Below, piece by piece: positions 23,601 through 33,332 of a DNA stretch of 33,332 nucleotides. The stretch comes from Choristocarpus tenellus KU-1152. Its lineage: Eukaryota > Protista > Phaeophyceae. The notes under the pieces were generated by a model. It searched no databases. It saw only the letters and a list, made by a program, of their open reading frames with translations, and was not told the origin of the DNA. Made by a program: the position numbers and the translations under genes. Location: contig CAXNAD020000064.1 of NCBI GenBank assembly GCA_964200185.2, positions 1 through 33,332 on the forward strand, written 5' to 3'. Position 1 is the first letter of the stretch, and the number at the start of each line of letters is the position of its first letter.

Positions 23601-26600
23601 TGAATGCACATGGAAGGGGTTGGTTGAATGACCTCAATTAAGTGGTCTTGAAAATGACAGGAGGTAAGAGCTCTCAGACTTCGCTTCTGCAGGTAGTCAA
23701 TTGATAGGAGAGTGTCCACTGAGCTACACAACACAATACAACACAGTGATACATTGTTAATCTCAATTTCTGTTGTCTTGAGCTCACCGGCCTGATAGCA
23801 TGTGATGAGTGTGATGAGATGTCCCTCAAGATGGCTGGAGAAGGAACATGGACCACTTCAAGATGGTCACCCACCACTTTGTTGTGATGGCTTTGGTCAT
23901 TCCGGCTGCTTTCATCCACCAGTGGCGAATTTGTAGTGTACTGTTCATGACAGTTACGTATAGTTGAAGTTACTGGTAGGGTTAGGGTTAGAGCTTGGAA
24001 GAAGTGCCTAAGTTTTATTATTGGACTGTCTTGCAACCCCCTGCCTATGTAATGCCCGCAACAATGTTTGACTCTGTCTCATGGCTATGTTACATCAATC
24101 TGAGGTATCAGGTGTTTCTAAAGGTGGTGGAAGAAGCTAAGGAATTGCTGGAGAATGATGTTCAAGCCCCCATGAAGGTACATACTTCAAAATCAACATC
24201 TTTTCTTGTCCCAAGTGATTGTTTTACTTGTTTCTTTTTATTTTGATTGATTACTGTTTTTTTATTATTTCATGTAATGGCAACTTTTGTACCTTGTCAC
24301 ACATCGTAAAAAAATTGCACACCCCCCCTCTCCCATTTTTTTCTTTGTTACTACAATATTGCTACAATGCTACTACAATGTTACTACAATGTTACTACAA
24401 TGTTACTAGTAATTACTACAGTGTTACTACAATGTTACTACAATGTTACTAGTAATTACTACAGTGTTACTACATTGTTACTACAATGTTACTAGTAATT
24501 ACTACAGTGTTACTACAGTGTTACTACAATGTTACTAGTAATTACTACAGTGTTACTATAGTGTTACTATATTGTTACTACAATGTTAATACAATGTTAC
24601 TACAATGTTACTACAATGTTACTACCATGTTAGTAGTAATTACTACAATGTTACTACAATGTTACTATAGTGTTACTACAATGGGAGAGGTGACACTCTC
24701 GATGACCAGAAGCCTCAAGTTGCTTGTACTCACTAGTCCTGCCAATTTTCTGTCTTTTATAAAAATGCTTCTTTCATGTTACAGCAATGATGTTACCACA
24801 ATGCTACTGCCATAACTCACTAAAATTCTGACTTCTAAATATTTATATTATTTGTTCAATGTCTCAATGTACAAGATTGCTAATCCCAACCTTGGCACTT
24901 ACTAGTCACCCTTCCTCTGCCAAACCTTTGTTTGTGGTGACAGGTCTCTTTCATGGCACAGCGCTCTGTAGCAGACAGTCTCTCAGTAGAAGCTTTGGAG
25001 AATGCGTGGGTAATGGTGGTGTCATATGTGTGTATGTTCATATATGTCTCTGTCGCCCTGGGTAATTGCTTGGATGTTGTCAGGTCAGTGATGATAACCA
25101 ATGTAGTAGTGATGATTGTCACCTGGAGGATCAGGTCATAACAGTTCTAATGCTATCTTACAAGAGGGGTACTCTCTATGTATGTTGTTGGTTGTTGTTT
25201 AGAGTGAACATTGTAAGTAGAGTAGAGGGAGGTATGGCGTTGATGATATGTCACCCCTCCCAATGGTTGCAAAATGAGATGTCTTGTCACTAGCAAAGTC
25301 AAACATACCTTCTTTTTTGTGGAATAATATTTTTTGTAGAGTTGGAGATGGAGAACATTTTTTCTTAGTTGTTGAGGGTAGGGGTAGGTGACTGGGCTGG
25401 TGATGCAGCTATGGGTGTACAAGAACAATGTGGTTACTGTGTCAATTGTTTTATGGGTATCCTACTCAAAGTACAATAGTTTCAAGTATCGATACAAGGG
25501 TACTTTGATATTATCTCGATACAACAACATCAACCTTATGTTATTTGTATCAACCTTATGTTATTTGTATCAATCTTATGTCATTTGTATCAATCTTATG
25601 TTATTTGTATCAATCTCATGTTATTTTGTAGTCTATTTCCTCCTCTGTTTTGTTTTCTGTTTGTAGTATTTCCTACGCCTCCTGTATTTTGTGAATTCCT
25701 CTTCAGTTCATTTCTCATGTGAAAGGCCAAAGCACCCTCAATACCTTCATACCCTCCCTCAATAGTGCTTGGTCAACAACCTCTAACCCTGTCTTCCTCT
25801 TCTACTGCTGTAGGTCAAGGTTTTTGCTGGGACTTACTGGTGTGACCATTGTGGTCTCATCCTTATGTGTTAGCATTGGAATTGCCTCTGCCTTGGGTAT
25901 AGGAACAACACTCATTGTATGGGAGGTAACATCAAAAGGGAGTAGAGGGTTTAATTGTTGTAGCTTTGATATTGGTATTGATATTGAGGGATTGTTGGGG
26001 TTATGGTTAGGGTAAGGGTGAGGGACAGTGTGTAATGTCTGTGTCCTAGGTGCAGTGATTGTAGTGATTGCATGTGTATAATTTTGTTTTTCATTGGGTG
26101 ATGGCAGTGAAGAAGAAGAGACTAGAAGAAGAGACTTGCAAGGAGTGTTGGAAGTTTGTTGACAAGGACAGAGAGGAAAGGGTGTGTGATCTTCATTTGT
26201 CTCACTTTTTGAGTCTTGTTTTGACATTGGTCTTGTTTTGCTTAAGGTCTGTGCTAATTACAAATTGTAGTGATTAATTGTAGTGATTGATTGTAGTGAT
26301 TGATTGTAGTGATTGATTCATACAGTGCAGCTACTTTTTTGTTTAATTAACTAGAACCAGAATCGAAATACAAACGGTTAATATTTAAAATATTTTTATG
26401 AAAAAAAAGAAGTGTACCACATCCCATGTAACCCTAACACTAACTTCACCATTACTACTAGTAGCCTCCCCTCCCCTCCTTGAAGTACCTAGCCCACTCC
26501 CAACATTGCTGTGTACAGCAGAGAGAGAGAGAGATAGAGGCTAGAGGAGTGAGAATGAAATGTGTGTAGCATGATCAGTATTTTTATTACTATTTTTTTT

Positions 26601-29600
26601 ATTACTGTAGCTATTATTTCTAATGGTATTATTATCATTGTTACAATGAAAGCATATGTAATTACCATACATTGTTTCTATGTAGGCTGTGCTACAACAG
26701 AGGCAGAGCATTGTTATTGTTGTTATTATTGTTATTTTTGTTAGAACATATGGGTAAAAGAAATGTAGAGCTGGTTCTAGCCTGTGCAAGATGTCTAATA
26801 ATAATAATAATAGCCAAATGAGCATGTAGGATAGACTTGTGTAGTTAGTGCCACAATAGGACACACCTGATACCAAGACCTGGTAACATCAATGTAGTAT
26901 CAATGTAATATCAATGTGATATTGATGTGAAGATGGCAGTAGGTGTGAGATGGTAAACAATGTACGCTATGGAATAGAGCCAGTAAGAGAGCCAGTAAGA
27001 GAGCCAGTAAGAGCCATGAGCAAGACCTGGTTAGAGCCAGGTCAATCCATGGGGTGTCAGTATCTTTCAAGAACTTTATTTATTTTTCGATATACATTGA
27101 CGTGACCTGACGCAGTCAATACTGGTAATGCAAGGAACTTACTTAGGTAGATACACAAGCAGGGAGAACTGACTACACTTGTGTGAAACTGGTCTTGTGA
27201 AACAATAGACTTTGCTACTACTACTCATGGTCATATGGTATCAATGTGCAAGCTGGGTTATGTTCAACACTCACTCCATTGTGTTAACTGACATAGGAAG
27301 GATTCTGAAATGAATGTCTAACTGCTTTGAAATTAAAGTTTCATTGTTTGAGTGGTTTGTGATTGGTTGATTTTCTCAAATGCCTCCACAGGTGGTGCCA
27401 TTCCTTACCCTGGCAATTGGTGTGGACAACATGTTTCTCATTACTCGGGAGTTTGACAGGTGAAGGAAGGCGTGTTCTACTGTGTGTTCTGTTTTTTTGT
27501 GCATAACATAGTGCTTTCTACAGCATTTTTTTGTTGACATATGGAAGGCATTACTGCAGGTTGAGGTAGAGAAGGCTTATTTGAGAACCAACTATAATAC
27601 TAACAATTTTTTATTTTATTTGTAGAAAAAAAAGGAAACCGTTTCATGTTTTGTGAATGATTGTGAACACCTTTTTATATTATGGGTGTTTATCAACAAA
27701 ACAATGAATTCATGCTTTCATCATCCACTAGCATGTTTAAAAATCTTTAGGAAAGATGACATTTAGCTTTTGTTTAGAACTTAAAGGACGACCTTTGATG
27801 TTTCCCTCTGTGAAAATAATACAACAATTCATCTTTCCGGAGTAGATTTTTGAAAATACATTTTTTTTGTCAATAAAAAAAATGGAAGTGATAGTTTTCC
27901 GTACCAATCTTGGCATGTTGAAAAGCAGACTCTTGTTTTGTCTGGCATAGTTTCCATATTTGTCATATGTCATGTTTTCCACATTTGTAGTTTCCACATT
28001 TGTCATTTGTCATGTTTTTGAATCAATATTTGACTTCTTGGGGTAAGACCATGGTGAGACCATGAGACCATGAGACCATGATGCCTATGTTTTAAAGGAA
28101 AGTCCATGTTGGCTTTATTTTCTTCGCCAGGAAGGTAACATCTCCCTAACCCTAACCCACTTCAGGAATAATAGGAATAATAGCAATGATAATGATGGTG
28201 ATAGTAGTAGTAATAATAGCAATGATAGTTATTATGATAGTAATAGTAATAGTAGTATGATAATGATGGTGATAGTAATAGTAATAATAGCATGATAATT
28301 GTTATGATAGTAATAATAATAGTAATAATAGCAATGATAATTATTATGATATTAATAGTAATAATAGCAATGATAGTGATAGTGAAAATTATTATGGTAA
28401 TGATAACAAAGTTGATGTATCCATTGCCCCTGTTGGTTGTTTATTGGAAATAAAGGTGATCTTGTTAGACTATTTAGACTACTTAGACTACTTACATCTT
28501 GTTAGACTATATAGATTACTTTGAATACTTAGATCTTGTTGGACTACTTACATCTTGTTGGACTACTTACATCTTGTTGGACTACTTACATCTTGTTGGA
28601 CTACTTAGATCTTGGTGGACTACTTAGATCTGGTTAGACTACTTAGAGCTTGTTAGACTAGTTAGATCTTGTTGAACTACTTAGAGCTTGTTAAACTAGT
28701 TAGATCATGTTGAACTACTTAGAGCCTGTTAGACTAGTTAGATCTTGTTAGACTACTTAGAGCTTGGTGGACTACTTAGAGCTTGGTGGACTACTTAGAG
28801 CTTATTAGACTAGTTAGGTCTTGTTGGACTAGTTAGATCTTGTTAGACTACTTAGAGCTTGTTGGACTAGTTAGATCTTGTTAGACTTGTTAGATCTTGT
28901 TAGACTACTTAGAGCTTGTTGGACTAGTTAGATCTTGTTAGACTACTAGAGTACCCACTTTTTTGAGCAGAGCTCTACTGTATATGCTTTTTGCATGTGC
29001 TTTCTAGAAATTGAATTTTGAATTTGAATTTTGAATTTATGAATGATTTAAAGTAATGACTATTTGGATGATTTGCCTGGTGCCTATCAGAGTAGAGCTT
29101 AGTTTTTTCATTGCTTTTTTTTTTTGTGAAATCCATCAGGTTAGAAACAGCTCCACAATTTGAGGCAAGTACCTCTCAACCATCAAGTCCAGGTAGAGGA
29201 GAGGTTGGAGTGGGGGGGTCACAGTTTTTGAGAGGAGGGGCACATCACCAACCAATGACTAAAGTGCAACAAAGGATGGGGACAGCTGTCTCGAAGGTCA
29301 TTCATTAACATTTCTGTCATTCATTAACATTTCTGTCATTCATTAACATTTCTGTCATTCATTAACATTACTGTGTGTTATGTGCTGATGTAGATTGATT
29401 GAGATGATTCGGTTGGAATTGAGAATGCGTTTTTTGTTTTATTTTTTTGTTGATCAATTATGTATTGTGTATTATGTATTATGTACTATGTACTGCGTAC
29501 TAGGTACTATGTACTATATACTATATACTATGTACCATGTACTGTGTATTATGTACTATGTATTATGTACTATGTACTATGTACTATGTACTGTGTATTA

Positions 29601-32600
29601 TGTACTAGGTACTATGTACTGTGTATTATGTACTAGGTACTATGTACTGTGTATTATGTACTAGGTACTATGTACTGTGGGTTGGTAGTTTCTTTGTGGT
29701 GAGATAGTGAATAATAGTGAATGATAAGTGAATGATGATGATTGATGATGAATGATAGTGAGTGATAGTAGTAGTAGTAGGTTGTGTCAGTCACATTCAG
29801 AGGATGACAAGAGCTACTAATGTTGTGTTGACCTCTTGGTTTCCCCTGAGTGATGTCTGTTTTTCAATCTTACAATCTTACAACATAGGTGGTGAGGAGA
29901 TATTATTGTATGTTTGATACTTTAAGATGTATGTATGATACTTTAAGATATATTTTTTTATATGATACTTCAAGATACTTTTTTTATATGATACTTTAAG
30001 ATACTTTTTTTATATGATACTTGAAACCAACTCAAGTTTAGAGTTAGAATTGTTCTTTACCTTGATTTTTCTATTTTACATGTTTGGTTTGACAAGACTG
30101 CCCTAGGCATCTTATCCTGTTTCTTTCACCCTCAGCTCCTTAATACACTTTTTGCCCATTGTTAAAATTTGTTGGCATTTTTCATCTTTGTATTCTCCTT
30201 GTCCTTACTATTCTGACTAATCTGACTAATCTGACTAATCTTACTAATCTTACCACTAATCTTACTAATCTTACTAATCTTACCACTAATCTTTTTCAAT
30301 TTCTTTTTCTTCTTTTTATTTTTTATTTTTTTATTGTCATAGTTCTTACTTTTCATAAACCTTGACGTTATCCTTCAATTTCTTCAATTTATTTTTTCTC
30401 TTCATTTTTTCTCTTGTCACAATTGCCGCTCTCAACTCTATTTATATTATTTTTATTATTTCTATTACTGCATTGATAGCAACAGTTACTATTTCTACTT
30501 TTATTGAAGAATTTGTTAAAATGTTACTTAGTGTTGCTACTTCGTTTTATTATTATTTTAACTATGTTTAACTTTAAACTTGATGTTGACTTAACTCTAT
30601 GTTACTGAATTTTTCTACTGTGCACTTTTATTTTTACTATGTGGTTAACTTTTAACTTGACTTAACTCTATGTTCACTTAACCTTTTGTTTCTGAGTTTT
30701 GCTACTGTGCATTATTATTTTAACTATGTGGTTAATTTTAAGTTATGACTACTTCTCTTGGTCAGGTGGCACCATCCATCCTTGGTGCAGCAGTGTGTGA
30801 GACTCTTACCTTTCTTGTGGGAGCTTTGACCGACATTCCTGCCCTTAGACAGTTTTGTCTTATTGCTGCAGCTGCTGTGGTTTGTGGATTTTTGTTTCAG
30901 GTTGACATATCTGTTGTCTGTGATATTGATATTTCTACTGTGACCTGTATTCTATCTTGGAGTCACTGGTTAGGCATGGTGTGTTGGTTGTTGGTTAGTT
31001 GTGATTGGTTGCTGATTTATTGATTGGCTTGCATTGGTTGGGGTTTATTTTTTCTGTTTCTATTGTTTGGTCTTTGAGATCTACAAAAGAAGTTTCATTT
31101 TTTGTTTATACTAGTTACTACTAACATAAGAGTATAGCATTTCTGTGCAATGGCAATATAGTAGGTGACTGTTTTATTTCTGATACTACTATCTGCAGTG
31201 GGCAGTACTACACTACTCTTTGATAAATCAAACAAATTCTGATACATGCCTCAAATACAACCTAACCCCTACCCTATCCTAACCCTAACCCTAGAAGGCA
31301 GACAGAGTATTACTTTGCATGATTTTGTTGTGTTTTCTCCTTTTGTTTTTATTTATTTTTTTGATTTTTTTAATTAATAGTTTTTAATATATATATATTG
31401 AAGTTTCCAAATCTTGCAACACAAGTCACACCCCCAAGAGGCAAGTATAGTACATCACCTCACTGAACACTATTGTTGTCTCCTCCAAAGGTGACCTGGT
31501 TTGTGGCTGCCCTTTCATTGGATGCCAGACGGGTCAGTGAGGGTCGCCTTGATATGATGCCTTGGAGGACTCACTCACAAAAAAGAAAGCAGTATTGTCA
31601 CAGGTGCAGTGGGATGGAAATGCTCTGATGATTTGGAGTGGTATGAATGAGTTTTTTTTTTATTGAATACCTTAGTGACTAATTTGATGACTAATTTAAT
31701 GACCATTTTGCAAATTTTAGTATTATAATTAATATGATATATAGTTAATAGTACACTGTTGGTTAGTGTTCAGTTTCTTAACACACTGTTGCAACAATGT
31801 GGGGTTGCCCTGAAATGAGATTTTTTAAAGTGTATTTTTGACAAATGAAGTACTAGTATAATGTGTATGTTTGTGTGATGTGGTCATGCTACTTTCATTT
31901 GGTATTGGTATTTTTTTGTAGACATTGATCAACGTAGTGCATTAGGTGAGCATGCTATTCATATCATTATTGTACACTGAATGTGTTTGTGCATAAACTC
32001 TATTTATTTTTACACTCCTTTTTTTGTAGTGTATGTAATGTAGTAATCTAAGTCCTAGTATTTTTATTGATAGCACCCAATACTAATGATGCCATTAAAA
32101 TGAGAGTAAGTAGTGTTTTTTTGAGAATAGAAGCAAATAGGTTGGCCTGTGAGCATGTAAGAGAATCTAAACTCTTTTACTGCCAACTTGAAATTTGACA
32201 GTTATCTTTGACATTTTATCTTTGACATTTATCTTTGACAGTTATCTTTGACAGTTATCTTTAACACTTATGTTTGATACTTATGTTTGACAGTTATGGG
32301 AGTGGTTTGATACCATGTATTTACCTCCAAATGGTACAATTATTTCCGTACACCTTGGACAGTTTGGTCTTATCAATAGCCATTCCGTATCATAAATGTA
32401 AATTAAAACCCTGCTTTTAAGTGTTGGTAAGTAGGTTGTAGTAAGATGTATAATTTCAATGTCGTTATTGCTGTTTGTATGGTTGTTTCAAGTAGTAATT
32501 AAGAAAATATTGTTATTTCATTGTTCCTTTCTAGGTTAACACTATGCTCTTAGTGTCAATAGAGGTGCAAGATTGCTACTTCTGTTAGTCTTTATTTGTA

Positions 32601-33332
32601 CTTAGTCATTGATTTCATTTAACATTTACCGTCAATATCACTGGTAGGATTATTTTGAACATCCTATTCATAACAATCACTGATAATAACTCCTCCTATT
32701 GTACACAAATACAGAGGACTCAATTAGCACTCAAGTTATGTAAAGTGTTTAATGGGGGTATCTGACAGCATCTTAATGGTTTCTCGCCAACTCAACTGTA
32801 CTCTTTTGACTCTTTTGACTCTTTTGACTCTTTTAACTCTTTTGAACAACTGTATCTATACTGCACATACTGCACATACTACACATACTACACACAACAT
32901 GTGTAACTATTTTCCACACCATGTGTTTTTGACATGTGAGTAGAATTAGATGGCCTCGGAGTGGTTTTGTCAACAGAGAGCTAACAAAGCCACTACTTTC
33001 AACACAAGTGGAGGGTGGTGATGATGATGATGATGATGATGAGGATGATGTTGATCATGGTGTTTCTTGCAACCTTGGCATTCAGTCCACCACTGTCTCT
33101 GGATGGGGAAGTGTTGGACACCTTGGGTCAATTTCTGGGGATATCAGTGATGCCACTACTGCCTCCTCTAGCTTCCAAGAGATCCTGACCCTTGACAAGG
33201 ACCACCGAAGTCAGGTAGATTATGCACAAGGCATTGGTGATACCCCAAGAAGTGCTACAGAGTCAAGGCATCCAACTACCCCTCTCTCCTTGTACCCTGG
33301 GGAGGGGGAGGACTGTGGTAGGGGGGTATGGG
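20667..33332 (+). CDS. NPC1: Niemann-Pick C1-like (RND/Patched family, sterol-sensing domain) membrane protein; 3' end beyond the window
   Basis: Exons 20667-20689, 20954-21077, 21321-21398 (GC donor), 21612-21749, 22204-22386, 22845-23024 (GC donor), 24112-24177, 24944-25083, 25814-25925, 27392-27459, 29140-29296, 30766-30900, 31491-31603, 32977(or 32950) onward. NPC1 motifs: ITNPELIW, FFDSAFSPFFRVNQ, LDSLCFRP, WEKEVFL, AQRSVADSL, SYVCMFIYVSVALG, EVVPFLTLAIGVDNMFLI, PSILGAAVCE, IPALRQFC, LSLDARR. Confidence 0.92.
21880..21906. repeat. (GATC)n self-complementary microsatellite
   Basis: ATCGATCGATCGATCGATCGATCGATC in NPC1 intron 4. Confidence 0.95.
23445..23496 (+). repeat. 13-bp tandem repeat x4
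   Basis: (GTGACTATTAAAA)4. Confidence 0.95.
24346..24683 (+). repeat. ~11-bp minisatellite
   Basis: Units like GTTACTACAAT / GTTACTAGTAA / ATTACTACAGT. Confidence 0.9.
24944..31603 (+). CDS. NPC1: Sterol-sensing domain exons of the NPC1-like gene
   Basis: Five hydrophobic segments with the conserved SY, PFL, GVDN, PSI and LD..R signatures of the NPC1 SSD. Confidence 0.9.
25529..25626 (+). repeat. 20-bp tandem repeat x~5
   Basis: ATCAA(C/T)CTTATGTTATTTGT units. Confidence 0.9.
28167..28405 (+). repeat. Compound trinucleotide low-complexity tract
   Basis: Mixed AAT/AGT/GAT/AGC triplets. Confidence 0.85.
28458..28947 (+). repeat. 19-bp minisatellite, ~25 copies
   Basis: Consensus GACTA(C/G)TTA(G/C)A(T/G)CTTGTT(A/G). 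Confidence 0.95.
29297..29369 (+). repeat. 19-bp tandem repeat starting at a 5' splice site
   Basis: (GTCATTCATTAACATTTCT)3 plus a partial fourth copy. Confidence 0.95.
29459..29678 (+). repeat. 7-bp minisatellite
   Basis: TATGTAC-type units. Confidence 0.9.
30212..30291 (+). repeat. 9-bp tandem repeat
   Basis: CTAATCT(G/T)A units. Confidence 0.9.
31259..31293 (-). repeat. Degenerate telomere-like (CCCTAA)n tract
   Basis: AACCTAACCCCTACCCTATCCTAACCCTAACCCTA. Confidence 0.7.
32198..32297 (+). repeat. 13-bp tandem repeat
   Basis: TTTGACA(G/T)TTATC-type units. Confidence 0.85.

Noticed and set aside
23674-24036. 120-aa minus-strand ORF in a more GC-rich island of an NPC1 intron
   Set aside because: No motif and no partner exons; part of it derives from telomere-like repeats.
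28458-28947. CRISPR-like regular repeat
   Set aside because: Contiguous tandem units with no unique spacers, in a eukaryotic intron.
29936-30022. AGATACTTT motif resembling the MITE TIR
   Set aside because: Part of an AT-rich ~24-bp tandem repeat, with no subterminal motif or partner TIR.
24219-30571. ORFs such as MLLQCYY.., YYVLCTM.. and TNLTNL..
   Set aside because: Translations of minisatellites.

Overview
Eukaryotic, intron-rich genomic DNA. TTAGGG-type repeats, exon/intron style and gene content suggest a stramenopile, possibly a brown alga; this is inference only. Three spliced genes were reconstructed by hand from splice sites and phase continuity. (1) A + strand 13-exon gene (718-14002, ~2,490 aa) with an N-terminal FHA domain split over three small exons, three C2 domains in a 4.4-kb exon, and a C-terminal IQ/coiled-coil region that parallels IQCB1/NPHP5. 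(2) A - strand gene of many short exons (stop at 14272, 5' end unresolved near 18.3-20.4 kb), largely invisible in the ORF track and of unrecognised family. (3) A + strand NPC1-like sterol-sensing-domain gene (from 20667, running off the window end) that appears to lack the N-terminal sterol-binding domain. Six MITEs in two size classes share ~23-bp TIRs, a subterminal GTCCATTTGGGG motif and, in three copies, 4-bp TSDs (Sola2-like). Three GC-AG introns are inferred. CpG is strongly depleted in the NPC1 gene body relative to gene 5' ends, and NPC1 introns are filled with unrelated minisatellites. All homology calls come from motif recognition and recalled sequences, not database searches.
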